A stretch of 64,000 nt of DNA, taken from contig JACJVV010000001.1 in assembly GCA_020637495.1 (NCBI GenBank), positions 366,232 through 430,231 of the forward strand, in the 5' to 3' direction. This document shows positions 9,420 through 19,480 of this stretch, one piece after another; positions within the stretch are counted from its first letter, which is position 1, and every line of letters begins with the position of its first letter. This DNA is from Candidatus Woesearchaeota archaeon (GTDB lineage Archaea; Nanobdellota; Nanobdellia; Woesearchaeales; JACJVV01). A model generated the notes under the pieces. It had not been told where the DNA came from, searched no databases, and saw only the letters and a list, made by a program, of their open reading frames with translations. A program made the position numbers and the translations under genes.

Positions 9420-9890
9420 ATGGCAGACGAAAAAGGAAAAGGAAGATACATAGTACGTATCCATAATACTGATCTTAATGGAGAGAAAGCAGTCGGTCAA
9501 GCCCTTACAAAAATCAAGGGTGTAGGCAAGATGTTCGCAAGAGCAGTCTGCATCTCAGCAAAAGTCGATACAGAAAAAAAAGCTGGATTGCTTGAAGATA
9601 AAGAGATAGAAAGTCTTAATGAAGTTGTTAAAAATCCTCTTAAATTCGGTATCCCTACATGGATGCTTAATAGGAGAAATGATCCATTCGAAGGGACTGA
9701 TCAGCATCTTCTGACAAGTGATCTTGATTTCGTGAAAGGAAATGACATAAAGCATCTTCAGAAAATCAAGGCATACAAGGGAATGAGACATGCAGCAAGA
9801 TTGCCTGTACGTGGACAGAGAACAAAATCCAATTTCAGAAGAAACAAAGGAAAAGCAGCATCTGTAAATAAGGCAAAGATAGGTAAGTGA
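9420..9890 (+). CDS. rps13: 30S ribosomal protein S13 (uS13)
   Basis: Conserved uS13 N-terminus (RIHNTDLNGEKAVGQALTKIKGVG) and a basic C-terminus. Confidence 0.93.
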   Translation: MADEKGKGRYIVRIHNTDLNGEKAVGQALTKIKGVGKMFARAVCISAKVDTEKKAGLLEDKEIESLNEVVKNPLKFGIPTWMLNRRNDPFEGTDQHLLTSDLDFVKGNDIKHLQKIKAYKGMRHAARLPVRGQRTKSNFRRNKGKAASVNKAKIGK

Positions 9891-9925
9891 TCGATAATAT
9901 CATAATCATAATAACGTGATACTCA

Positions 9926-10588
9926 ATGGGAAACATAAAAAAATTCAGGAAAAAATATCAGACACCATCACATCTATGGGAAAAAGATAGGCTTCCTGAA
10001 GAAAAAGAACTTTCAAAGGAATATGGCTTGAAGAACAAGCGTGAGATATGGAGGATGTCCTCATTACTTACAAAGTTCAAAGGCCTAGCAAAAGACACTA
10101 TCGCTTCTACTACAGATCAATCGGTCAAGGAATCTGAGCAGCTATTGAAAAAGCTTAAGGGACTTGGTCTTCTTGGAGAATCTTCAACTCTTAGCGAAGT
10201 ACTAAAGCTAACCAACAAGGACATCCTTGAACGAAGATTACAAACTGTGGTATACAGGCTTGGGCTTGCAAGATCAGTTGATCAGGCAAGACAGTTCATA
10301 ACACATGGTCATATAAAAGTAAACGGAAATACGCTTTCTTCACCATCTTACCTTGTTAAGAAGAGTGAAGAATCAAATATCACATTCAATCCTAATTCAA
10401 CTCTGGCTGACGGAGAACATCCTGAAAGAAAACCAGTTGAATTGCAGAAGGCTGAGGCAAAAGAATTGGCAGAAGCAAAGAAGAAAGCTAAAAAAGAAGC
10501 TCAGAAACCTGCAAAATCAGTAGAAGAGGCTGCAGACGCTTCTGATGCTGAAGATAGTTCAGAATCATCTGAGGAAAAGAAAGAGTAA
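9926..10588 (+). CDS. rps4: 30S ribosomal protein S4 (uS4) with a K/E-rich C-terminal extension
   Basis: uS4 N-terminus ([19 protein letters not shown]) and an S4 RNA-binding domain ([31 protein letters not shown]). Confidence 0.93.
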   Translation: MGNIKKFRKKYQTPSHLWEKDRLPEEKELSKEYGLKNKREIWRMSSLLTKFKGLAKDTIASTTDQSVKESEQLLKKLKGLGLLGESSTLSEVLKLTNKDILERRLQTVVYRLGLARSVDQARQFITHGHIKVNGNTLSSPSYLVKKSEESNITFNPNSTLADGEHPERKPVELQKAEAKELAEAKKKAKKEAQKPAKSVEEAADASDAEDSSESSEEKKE

Positions 10589-10589
10589 A

Positions 10590-11126
10590 ATGGCAATCAA
10601 AGAAGATAAACCAGAGGCAAAATCTGCTCCAGCAGGTACTTCAGAAGACAAGGCGTCATCAGATCAGCCTAAGACTGAAGGTAGACGAGATTACAGAAGA
10701 GACAATAGAAGAGAGATCAGACCTAGAAGAGATTATAGCAATTTAAACTGGGGAATAGCCCATATATATAGCTCATATAACAATACAATCATACATATTA
10801 CAGACATAACCGGTACAGAGAGCATAGCTCGTGTCTCAGGTGGTCAAGTTGTTAAAAGTGACAGAATGGAAAGTTCACCAACTGCAGCAATGGTTGCCGC
10901 TAAGAAAGCAGCTCAGACCGCAAGAGAAAAAGGTATAACTGCTATTCATATCAAGGTAAAAGCTCCAGGTGGACATAATGGACCTAATAATCCTGGGCCA
11001 GGTGCTCAAGCTGCGATGCGAGCATTGTCAAGGATGGGACTAAGAGTAGGTACAATAGAAGATGTGACACCAATCCCCCATGACAGATGCAGAATGAAAG
11101 GTGGACGTAGAGGACGAAGAGTATAA
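10590..11126 (+). CDS. rps11: 30S ribosomal protein S11 (uS11)
   Basis: [21 protein letters not shown]...ARE core; starts 1 nt after the S4 stop. The ORF-track N-terminal extension overlaps S4 and is unlikely to be translated. Confidence 0.92.
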   Translation: MAIKEDKPEAKSAPAGTSEDKASSDQPKTEGRRDYRRDNRREIRPRRDYSNLNWGIAHIYSSYNNTIIHITDITGTESIARVSGGQVVKSDRMESSPTAAMVAAKKAAQTAREKGITAIHIKVKAPGGHNGPNNPGPGAQAAMRALSRMGLRVGTIEDVTPIPHDRCRMKGGRRGRRV

Positions 11127-11174
11127 TCATATTTTATTCATTTCATCATCATAAAAAAGAGGTCAGTAAACAAA

Positions 11175-11960
11175 ATGCAAATAAGCCTAATCAAGAAGAA
11201 TCAAGCGAAGACAAAATACTGCATGTCTGCAAATTCAGGCGATGTATACTTGTTGAACGCAATCAGGAGAAGTGCTATAAGCCTTGTCCCGATAATGGCT
11301 ATTGAAGATGTTGAAATACGGAAGAACTCTTCTGTATTGTATGACGAGGCTTTAGCTCATAGGCTTGGACTTATTCCGCTTAAGACAGACCTTAAGAACT
11401 ATGAGATGATAAAGTCACCTGAAGATATTGAGAAACTTAAATGTAGCGTAAAATTGACACTTAAAGCAAAAGGACCAAAAATAGTCTATTCAGGAGATAT
11501 GAAGTCAGCAGATCCTGCTGTGGTCCCTGTACATGAAGGAATACCTATAGTGAAGCTTATGAAAGGACAAGAGGTTGAGCTTGAAGCAACAGCAATACTT
11601 GGCCTAGGACGTGATCATATGAAATGGTCACCTGGAATTGTGTTTTATAAAAACAGGCCAGTAGTCAATGTAAAGGGAAAAGCTGACATCGATAAGCTAA
11701 AAGAAAAACTTCCTGAAGATTCACCTTTGAAGATTTCAGCAGGAAAAGTAACTTTAGATGACGCAAAAGCAGCAATATCACCATATTTAGATGCTTTTGT
11801 CGGCGAAGAGATAGTGCCTGGCGTTGAAGTAACAATGGAAGAGAATAATTTCATACTTACAGTCGAGTCATTTGGACAATTGAGTCCGAAGGACATGATG
11901 ACAACCTCAATAGATGCATTGAAAGAAAGATTGAATGACCTTGCATCACAACTGAAATAG
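11175..11960 (+). CDS. rpoD: DNA-directed RNA polymerase subunit D (Rpo3)
   Basis: LLNAIRRSAISLVPIMAIEDVEI and the dimerisation-domain pattern; canonical position after S11. Confidence 0.88.
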   Translation: MQISLIKKNQAKTKYCMSANSGDVYLLNAIRRSAISLVPIMAIEDVEIRKNSSVLYDEALAHRLGLIPLKTDLKNYEMIKSPEDIEKLKCSVKLTLKAKGPKIVYSGDMKSADPAVVPVHEGIPIVKLMKGQEVELEATAILGLGRDHMKWSPGIVFYKNRPVVNVKGKADIDKLKEKLPEDSPLKISAGKVTLDDAKAAISPYLDAFVGEEIVPGVEVTMEENNFILTVESFGQLSPKDMMTTSIDALKERLNDLASQLK

Positions 11961-11994
11961 ATACTAAAAAACAAATAATATTAAACATAGGAAA

Positions 11995-12357
11995 ATGAGA
12001 AAATCATATAGCCCGAATGAAGAACTGCAATCCTTGATCAGCGTACTTCGTGAAGTATCAAGCAAGGAGAAGGTCAATATTTGGAAGAGAGTAGCATCAG
12101 ACTTATCAAGGCCTACACGGCAGAGGAGGATTGTTAATCTTTCAAGAATAAATAGGGTAACAAAAGAGAATGACATAGTCATTGTTCCTGGGAAAGTTCT
12201 TTCAGCAGGAGATATCGATCATAAAGTACAGGTTGCAGCTTTCACATTCTCAAAAACTGCGGCTGATAAGATTGCTGAAGCAAAGGGAACTGTAATATCA
12301 ATCCCTGAATTGCTTAAGAGCAATCCGAAAGGAAAAGGAATAAAGATAGTCGGTTAG
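11995..12357 (+). CDS. rpl18e: 50S ribosomal protein L18e (eL18)
   Basis: eL18 family pattern (NIWKRVASDLSRPTRQRRIVNLSRIN...IVIVPGKVLSAGDI). Confidence 0.88.
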   Translation: MRKSYSPNEELQSLISVLREVSSKEKVNIWKRVASDLSRPTRQRRIVNLSRINRVTKENDIVIVPGKVLSAGDIDHKVQVAAFTFSKTAADKIAEAKGTVISIPELLKSNPKGKGIKIVG

Positions 12358-12361
12358 AAAA

Positions 12362-12766
12362 ATGATAATAGACGGTAAAGATGCAGTTTTTGGACGATTG
12401 GGCACACAAGTTGCCAAGAAAGCTCTTTTAGGAGAGAAGATAGACATCATAAACTGTGAAAAGATATTGATTTCAGGGAAAAGAGAAGTTGTATTAGCCA
12501 AATATGAAAGGATTAAGAAGATGGGGGTCCCTAAAAAAGGACCTTTCTTGTCAGTTGATCCTGAAAAATTTGTCAAAAGGCAATTAAGAGGCATGCTGCC
12601 TTACAAGCAAGAGAAAGGAAGAGAAGCATTTGAAAGGATTAAATGCTATGAAGGAGTACCTAAGGCTTTTGAAGGAAAAGATGCTGAAAAGATTGCACAA
12701 TCCAAGCTAAGGATAAATTCAGTCACAATTGAAGCTATATGCAAACATATCGGTGGGAATAAATGA
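12362..12766 (+). CDS. rpl13: 50S ribosomal protein L13 (uL13)
   Basis: IIDGKDAVFGRLGTQVAKKALLGEKIDIINCEKI, the uL13 N-terminus. Confidence 0.93.
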   Translation: MIIDGKDAVFGRLGTQVAKKALLGEKIDIINCEKILISGKREVVLAKYERIKKMGVPKKGPFLSVDPEKFVKRQLRGMLPYKQEKGREAFERIKCYEGVPKAFEGKDAEKIAQSKLRINSVTIEAICKHIGGNK

Positions 12767-13155
12767 AAATAATAATCACTTCAGGAAAAAGAAAGAATGC
12801 CATTGCAAGAGCAAGATTGAATGAGGGCAATGGAACAATCAGGATAAATTCATTGTTAATAAATAACTTCCAACCAGTAATGTTAAGAGAGAAGATCATG
12901 GAACCAATAAAGCTTGCTGGAGATGTTGCTGACAGCGTAAACATCAGCATAAAGACAAATGGCGGCGGAGTTGCAAGTCAAGCAGAAGCAGCAAGATTGG
13001 CAATAGGAAGAGCTCTTACAAAATACAATAACAAGCTTGAGAAAGTATTCCTTAATTATGATAGACAATTGCTTGTAGCAGACGTAAGAAGGAAAGAGGT
13101 CTGCAAACCTAATGATTCAAAGGCTCGTGCTAAGCGTCAGAAATCATACAGATGA
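12763..13155 (+). CDS. rps9: 30S ribosomal protein S9 (uS9)
   Basis: GKRKNAIARARL... with the C-terminal ARAKRQKSYR; overlaps the L13 stop by 4 nt. Confidence 0.93.
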   Translation: MKIIITSGKRKNAIARARLNEGNGTIRINSLLINNFQPVMLREKIMEPIKLAGDVADSVNISIKTNGGGVASQAEAARLAIGRALTKYNNKLEKVFLNYDRQLLVADVRRKEVCKPNDSKARAKRQKSYR

Positions 13156-13183
13156 TTAGAGGAGTCAAGAGGTGCACTAAAAA

Positions 13184-13381
13184 ATGATAATCCCAATAAG
13201 ATGTTTTTCATGCGGAAGACCTGTTGCTCAGAAATGGGAAGAATATTCCAAGAGAGTCGACAAAGGAGAAGACAGGAAGAAAGTGCTTGATGAGCTTGAA
13301 GTTGAGAACTTCTGCTGCAGAGCATTGTTCTTAGGGCATGTGGATCTTATTGATACAGCTGCACAGTTCAAGAAATTTTAA
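13184..13381 (+). CDS. rpoN: DNA-directed RNA polymerase subunit N (Rpo10)
   Basis: IIPIRCFSCGRP...CCRALFLGHVDL zinc-binding CxxC...CC pattern; 65 aa. Confidence 0.88.
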   Translation: MIIPIRCFSCGRPVAQKWEEYSKRVDKGEDRKKVLDELEVENFCCRALFLGHVDLIDTAAQFKKF

Positions 13382-13465
13382 TCATAATATTGAATGTGTA
13401 AAATATGAGCATACGACAACGAAAATCAAAAGATTTTCGAGCCTTATGCAGTTAATGGTGAAAAT

Positions 13466-13657
13466 ATGAGCATACGACATGACAGGGACTTAAGATACAG
13501 GAAGACAAGATGTAAAACTGTAATCAGGCCTAAGACTTTCTCTACTGAGGAAAGTGCTAAAAAGTATGCTGAAACAAATAAAATTTCTAAGTATAAGCTT
13601 GTTAACCTAAAATCTTCTGAGAATAGCAAGAAGAAGATAAGGGTTGTTGCTGAGTAA
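13466..13657 (+). CDS. Small basic protein (63 aa), unknown function
   Basis: Sits where rpoK is usually found but has no RpoK signature. Its start codon lies in the second copy of a 20-bp duplication (13399-13418 / 13460-13479); the first copy starts a 17-codon ORF at 13405-13458. Confidence 0.3.
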   Translation: MSIRHDRDLRYRKTRCKTVIRPKTFSTEESAKKYAETNKISKYKLVNLKSSENSKKKIRVVAE

Positions 13658-13719
13658 ATCTGTCTTATAACTGTTTCTTAGAAGTAAGGTTTTTAAATCA
13701 CTTTAGATTCAGTTTATTC

Positions 13720-16473
13720 ATGACAGAAAACAGCAATATTAATACAACTTCAAAGCCAGAATTGCTTACAATAGCAGAGAAGTGGCAGAAGAAATGGGAA
13801 GAATCAGGTATATTCAATGTTGATATGGATTCTAAGAAAAAGAAATTCTACTGTTTAGAGATGTATCCTTACCCTTCTGGGAAATTGCACATAGGGCATA
13901 CAAGAAACTATTCGCTTGGTGACTGTTTCACCCGATATAAGAGGATGCAGGGATTCAATGTACTCTATCCTATGGGGTTTGATAGTTTCGGCCTGCCTGC
14001 AGAGAATGCGGCAATCAAGAATAATGCGAATCCAAGAGAATGGACCGATACAAGGATGAAAGAGATGGTCGCACAATTCAAGAGCCTTGGCTTCAGCTAT
14101 GATTGGAACAGATATCTGTATAGCCATGATCCTGACTATTATAAGTGGAACCAGTGGTTCTTCATACAAATGCTAAAGAAAGGGTTGGCTTACAAAAAAG
14201 TAGGTCTTGTCAACTGGTGCCCTGAATGCAACACTGTACTTGCAAATGAGCAAGTTCATGACGGAAAATGCTGGAGGCATGAGAAGACAGATGTTGAAGT
14301 AAAGGAGTTATCTCAATGGTACTTGAAGATAACTGATTATGCAGATGAGCTTTTGCAAGACATAGAAAAGCTTGATCATTGGCCTGAGAAAGTAAGGACT
14401 ATGCAGAAGAACTGGATAGGGAAAAGCTATGGCACTATAATCAAATTTGATGTTGTTGATGAAGACGGTAAAAAAATAGATGTTATTGAGACATTCACTA
14501 CAAGACCAGATACGATATTTGGAGTAACATACCTTGTACTTGCAGCAGAGCATCCTAAATGCATCGAATGGACAAAAGGTTCCTCTAAAGAATCTGAAGT
14601 CAAGAAATTCATATCAGAAGTGCAAAAGAAATCAATAATCGAAAGGACTGCTGAAGGGAAAGAGAAGAACGGATTATTCTTAGGGAAGTATTTCATCAAC
14701 CCAGTCAATGGAGATAAATGTCCATTATGGATTGCAGATTATGCATTGATGGATTATGGAACTGGTGCAGTAATGGCAGTCCCTACACATGACCAGAGAG
14801 ATTTTGATTTTGCTAAAAAATACTCATTACCTATGAAGATAGTCATAAATCCATTAGATGGATGGGAGCTTAAGGTCGAGAAGATGACAAGAGCTTTTGT
14901 AGACGAGGGGAAACTTGTAAATTCAGGAGATTTTGATGGTATGCACAACAGAGATGCGATAGAGAAAATTTCTGAATGGATGGAAGAAAACAAATGGGGA
15001 AAACGGACAGTAAATTACAAGCTTCGGGATTGGCTTGTATCTCGTCAAAGATATTGGGGAACACCGATTCCAATAATCAACTGCCCTAAATGCGGTCCAG
15101 TCCCTGAGAAAGAAGATAATCTTCCTGTTAAGTTACCTGATGATGTAGATTTTACGAAAGGTGGGAATCCTATCGCAACATCAAAAACATTCATAGATTG
15201 CAAATGTCCTAATTGCAGCAGCCCTGCAAGACGAGAGACAGATACAATGGATACTTTTTTTGATAGCAGTTGGTATTATTTGCGTTATACTGATGGTAAA
15301 CGTGATGGAACCAAGATGTTTGACCCTGAACAGGCAAATTATTGGATGGGAGTCGACCAATACATAGGTGGGATAGAGCATGCTTGCATGCATCTGATCT
15401 ATGCAAGATTCTTCACAAAAGCCCTTAGGGATATGGGAATGATCAAGCTTGATGAGCCATTCAAAAGATTGCTTACACAGGGCATGGTCATCAAAGACGG
15501 TGCAAAGATGTCAAAAAGCTTAGGCAACGTAGTTGACCCTAGTGAATTCATAGAAAAATTCGGTCCTGATACAGTGCGTCATTTCATCTTGTTCACTGCC
15601 CTTCCTGAAAAAGAGCTTGATTGGAGCGATAAAGGGGCAGAAGGAAGCTACCGTTTCGTCAAGAGACTATATTCATTGAAGGATCTTGACATGGATTTTG
15701 AGAAATTTGATATTGATACATTAACAGATTCTGACAAATTTGTGCTATCAAGAGTGCATGGGACTATAAAGAAAGTTTCCGAAGAGATGGAATCATTCAG
15801 GATAAGCATTGCGATCGGCGATATGATGAGCTTAGTAAATGATATCCAGGACTACAGCAAAGGAAATCCAAACAAGTCCATAATTGGCGAGTGTGTCAAG
15901 AATATTATATTGTTATTGTCACCTATTGCTCCTCATGTATGTGAAGAGATATGGGCTTCACTTGAATTAGGTAAGAACGAAGGTATTGAATATTGCTCCC
16001 TTGCAGACTGGCCTAATTATGATGAGAAGTTGATTGACGATGGTGCTGAAAGTGCACAGGAAATGGTTGAACAGACAATCTCAGATATAAGGAATGTGTT
16101 AGGAATAATCAAAGCAGAGAATCCTAAAAAAATAACCTTATTCATCTCTGAAAACTGGAAATATGATTTCTTCAGAATGCTGAAGCACGCTTTGGAAAAG
16201 ACACGTAACATCGGCGAGATAATGAAAGAGGTAATGATCGATGAATACAAGAAGGAAATCGGGAATCTGGTCCCAAGGTTAGTGAAGGACCAAAGCAAGA
16301 TACCAATAGTGGTACTGGACCAGGATAGGGAATTTAGTGTCCTTCATGGTAATAAGGATAAATTAAGCGATGCTTTCGGATGTGATTTTGAGATCGTAAA
16401 AGCTGAAGACAGTCCAGAGCAGAAAGCGAAGCAGGCAATGCCCGGGAAACCAAGCCTTGTCGTCGAGAAATGA
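13720..16473 (+). CDS. leuS: Leucyl-tRNA synthetase (archaeal type)
   Basis: HIGH (LHIGHTRNY), KMSKS (KMSKSLGN), the CP1 editing region and zinc-binding CPEC/CPKC motifs. Confidence 0.93.
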   Translation: MTENSNINTTSKPELLTIAEKWQKKWEESGIFNVDMDSKKKKFYCLEMYPYPSGKLHIGHTRNYSLGDCFTRYKRMQGFNVLYPMGFDSFGLPAENAAIKNNANPREWTDTRMKEMVAQFKSLGFSYDWNRYLYSHDPDYYKWNQWFFIQMLKKGLAYKKVGLVNWCPECNTVLANEQVHDGKCWRHEKTDVEVKELSQWYLKITDYADELLQDIEKLDHWPEKVRTMQKNWIGKSYGTIIKFDVVDEDGKKIDVIETFTTRPDTIFGVTYLVLAAEHPKCIEWTKGSSKESEVKKFISEVQKKSIIERTAEGKEKNGLFLGKYFINPVNGDKCPLWIADYALMDYGTGAVMAVPTHDQRDFDFAKKYSLPMKIVINPLDGWELKVEKMTRAFVDEGKLVNSGDFDGMHNRDAIEKISEWMEENKWGKRTVNYKLRDWLVSRQRYWGTPIPIINCPKCGPVPEKEDNLPVKLPDDVDFTKGGNPIATSKTFIDCKCPNCSSPARRETDTMDTFFDSSWYYLRYTDGKRDGTKMFDPEQANYWMGVDQYIGGIEHACMHLIYARFFTKALRDMGMIKLDEPFKRLLTQGMVIKDGAKMSKSLGNVVDPSEFIEKFGPDTVRHFILFTALPEKELDWSDKGAEGSYRFVKRLYSLKDLDMDFEKFDIDTLTDSDKFVLSRVHGTIKKVSEEMESFRISIAIGDMMSLVNDIQDYSKGNPNKSIIGECVKNIILLLSPIAPHVCEEIWASLELGKNEGIEYCSLADWPNYDEKLIDDGAESAQEMVEQTISDIRNVLGIIKAENPKKITLFISENWKYDFFRMLKHALEKTRNIGEIMKEVMIDEYKKEIGNLVPRLVKDQSKIPIVVLDQDREFSVLHGNKDKLSDAFGCDFEIVKAEDSPEQKAKQAMPGKPSLVVEK

Positions 16474-17127
16474 TCAGAATAATCTTTTTATTGTGCTATA
16501 ATCCAGGTCATTGATATCATCCAGAACTATGTCTGCATATTGCAGGTCTTCTTTAGAATGATACTTGTTTGCAATACCTATAGATCTGAATCCTCCTGCG
16601 ATAGCAGCTTCAATCCCTCTTGCTGCATCTTCTATGACAACACATTTTTTTGGCGATAAGCCTATCCCTTCAGCACATTTCAAAAACACTTGTGGGTTTG
16701 GCTTATGATATTCTATACAGTCTGCTGTTACAATAGCAGAGAAATAATCCTTTATCCCCATGACTTCCAGGATTTGTATTGTCCTTCCTTTCTGAGAGGA
16801 TGTTCCAACAGCTATTGGTATCTTGTTCTTTCTCAATGAATCTAATGTTTGGATTATATTCTCCTGTATTGGCTGTTCTTTTAGCAGCTTCAATTCATAT
16901 TCCCATGCTTCTCTTCCGAATATATCAGGCATGAAAGAACTACCATATTTCTCATTTAGGCTAGGCAAAGAATCTTTGAGTGATCTTCCGACTGCAAATT
17001 TTATGTCTTCCTCTGTTAATCTTCCATATGGTTCAAAGACTTTCTGGAATGCTTTTGCTATTAATGGAAGCGTATCTACTAAAACACCATCCATATCAAA
17101 TATTACTCCGAATTCTGCCTGTTCCAT
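16474..17127 (-). CDS. HAD-superfamily hydrolase (beta-phosphoglucomutase-like), paralogue 1
   Basis: Motif I FDMDGVLVDT, Ser and Lys motifs and a C-terminal DD; convergent with leuS. Confidence 0.8.
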   Translation of the reverse strand: MEQAEFGVIFDMDGVLVDTLPLIAKAFQKVFEPYGRLTEEDIKFAVGRSLKDSLPSLNEKYGSSFMPDIFGREAWEYELKLLKEQPIQENIIQTLDSLRKNKIPIAVGTSSQKGRTIQILEVMGIKDYFSAIVTADCIEYHKPNPQVFLKCAEGIGLSPKKCVVIEDAARGIEAAIAGGFRSIGIANKYHSKEDLQYADIVLDDINDLDYSTIKRLF

Positions 17128-17151
17128 CTTATCTATGCTTGTTTCTTTACA

Positions 17152-17820
17152 TTAATCATCGAATAGGTTATCTATTACCCTATAATTGAGTTGTCCTATA
17201 TTATCCAAGATTATATCTGCGTGATTGAATTCAATTGGTTCATGCAACATGCTTGCAACAGCTATTGACCTGAAATTCCCTCTTCTTGCCGCTTCTATCC
17301 CAGCGATACTATCATCAATCACTACACATCTATCAGGAGTTATGTTTATCGATTCAGCACATTTCAAGAATACCTGTGGATCTGGTTTATGGTATTCTAT
17401 GCAATCTGCTGTAATTATTCCCATGAAATAATTGTGAACGCCCATTGCATTAAGCAATCCCTCAGCTCTTGACCTTTGGGATGATGTCCCTAAAGCTATT
17501 GGGATCCTGCTCTGCTGCATGTAATCAAGGGCTTCAATGATATTTCTAGGCATTGGCTTCTGCCTAAGCATCTCTACCTCATATTCAAGAGTGTTCGTAC
17601 CAAAGTCATCCATTGTGATGTTACTACCAAATTTCTCATTGAGCCGTGGGAGCTCGTCTCTTAAGGACCTGCCATTGACTTCTTTCATGTCCTGTTCTGT
17701 AAAATTCCCATATGGTTCAAATATCCTTGCCATGCATCTAACTATCCCTGGCATGGTGTCTAGCAATACCCCATCCATGTCGAATATTACCCCATATCTC
17801 GGTTGTATCACATGCTGCAT
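17152..17820 (-). CDS. HAD-superfamily hydrolase, paralogue 2
   Basis: FDMDGVLLDT; collinear with and clearly similar to the adjacent HAD along its whole length. Confidence 0.8.
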   Translation of the reverse strand: MQHVIQPRYGVIFDMDGVLLDTMPGIVRCMARIFEPYGNFTEQDMKEVNGRSLRDELPRLNEKFGSNITMDDFGTNTLEYEVEMLRQKPMPRNIIEALDYMQQSRIPIALGTSSQRSRAEGLLNAMGVHNYFMGIITADCIEYHKPDPQVFLKCAESINITPDRCVVIDDSIAGIEAARRGNFRSIAVASMLHEPIEFNHADIILDNIGQLNYRVIDNLFDD

Positions 17821-17883
17821 TATTGTCCATAAATTTCAGGAAAACTATTTAAATATTCATCTAATAAAGAAGATAGATTAAAT

Positions 17884-19035
17884 ATGACAGGAAAAGCAAC
17901 TGTTACACCATGGGAAGTCAAGGGAAATATCGATTATGATAAGCTCATAAAAGAGTTTGGAGTCTCAAAGATAGATGATGAGCTTCTTTCTAGGATAGAG
18001 AAGCATGCCAAGAAAAAAGGACTTGAACTGCATCATATGTTGAGAAGAGGAATATTCTTTGCACATCGTGACTTGAAATTCATCCTTGATGAGTATGAGA
18101 AAGGCAACAAGTTCTTCCTTTATACAGGGAGAGCACCTTCTGGACATACACATATGGGCCATCTTGTACCATGGATGTTCACGAAATGGTTACAGGATGT
18201 ATTTGATGTTGAACTGTGGTTCCAGTTCCCTGATGATGAAAAGTTCTTGTTCAAGAAAGAGCTTTCTCTTGATGATACTAAGAAGTTCACATATGAAAAC
18301 ATGCTTGATGTCATAGCCGTAGGCTTTGACCCTAAGAAGACTCATTTCATAGTCGATACTGAACATGCAGGGATAATGTATAAGGAAGCATTAAAGGTCG
18401 CAAAATGCATAACTTTCTCAACTGCAAAATCAGCATTTGGTTTTACGAACGAACAGAATCTAGGTGCGATATTCTACACGGCGATGCAGGCAGTACCAGC
18501 CTTTTTGCCTAATGTCCTTGATGGTTCAAGAAGGCCTTGCCTGATACCTCATGCAATAGATCAGGACCCTCATTTCAGAGTCAGCAGGGACGTAATACCT
18601 AAGATAGGATATGATAAACCAGGTTCAATACAATGCAGATTCCTTCCAGGACTTGGAGGGATGATAAGTGATGGTAAGATGTCAAGCTCTTCAGGAGATA
18701 ATGCTACAGTATTCACCATTGATGATGCAAAAACTGTCAAGAAGAAGATCAATAAATATGCTTTTTCAGGTGGACAAGCTACAATAGAAGAGCATAGAGA
18801 GAAAGGGGGCAATCCTGATATTGACGTAAGCTATCAGTGGATGACATTCTTTGAGGAAGATGATGAACAGCTTAAGAAGCTATACTCTGACTATAGTTCA
18901 GGAAAGCTTCTGAGCGGTGAGCTTAAATCCATCCTGATCGAGAAGCTTAATTCATTCTTGGCAGGTCATCAAGAGCGAAGGGAAAAAGCTAAGAAGGTTA
19001 TAGATAAGTATATCTACAGGATAAAGAGTCCATAA
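17884..19035 (+). CDS. trpS: Tryptophanyl-tRNA synthetase (archaeal/eukaryotic type)
   Basis: YTGRAPSGHTHMGHLVPWMFTKWLQDVF matches the eukaryote/archaeal TrpRS HIGH region; KMSSS present. Confidence 0.88.
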   Translation: MTGKATVTPWEVKGNIDYDKLIKEFGVSKIDDELLSRIEKHAKKKGLELHHMLRRGIFFAHRDLKFILDEYEKGNKFFLYTGRAPSGHTHMGHLVPWMFTKWLQDVFDVELWFQFPDDEKFLFKKELSLDDTKKFTYENMLDVIAVGFDPKKTHFIVDTEHAGIMYKEALKVAKCITFSTAKSAFGFTNEQNLGAIFYTAMQAVPAFLPNVLDGSRRPCLIPHAIDQDPHFRVSRDVIPKIGYDKPGSIQCRFLPGLGGMISDGKMSSSSGDNATVFTIDDAKTVKKKINKYAFSGGQATIEEHREKGGNPDIDVSYQWMTFFEEDDEQLKKLYSDYSSGKLLSGELKSILIEKLNSFLAGHQERREKAKKVIDKYIYRIKSP

Positions 19036-19066
19036 ATTATTTAAATATATACACCAAAGAAGGACT

Positions 19067-19342
19067 ATGGCAAAAAAAGAGGGGAGATCTGCCGGAGAAT
19101 TAGAGGAAAGGAGAATTGTCAGCCCTTTGAGCTCTTCGTTCATGCTGACAAGCATTGTAGGTTTTCTGACATCTGCATTTTATCTTCCTACAATGGTTGA
19201 TGTCTGGCCTTCTGCCATCGATTATGCTTTTGCATTTGGACTTGTATTTGTACTTATGTTCATAGCTTCATTGATATCCATGACATATTCTCCATTGTCT
19301 GATCATCTTCAGATAGACGAGAAAAGAAGGATAAAACTTTGA
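19067..19342 (+). CDS. Small membrane protein (2 predicted TM helices)
   Basis: Hydrophobic helices; no motif recognised. Confidence 0.3.
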   Translation: MAKKEGRSAGELEERRIVSPLSSSFMLTSIVGFLTSAFYLPTMVDVWPSAIDYAFAFGLVFVLMFIASLISMTYSPLSDHLQIDEKRRIKL

Positions 19343-19480
19343 TTTGGTTAACCATATTGTGATTACTTATTAGTTACATGGCTTGGGAAAGGATACCTTT
19401 CAAAACATGATAACAAAAAACCACTAACAAAATACTGATATTGGATTCATTAAATCTTTATATACGCTACAGGAAAGTGA

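Noticed and set aside
10545-10589. N-terminal extension of S11 in the ORF track (start 10545)
   Set aside because: It overlaps the end of rps4 in another frame; the S11 Met at 10590, one nucleotide after the S4 stop, is the natural start.
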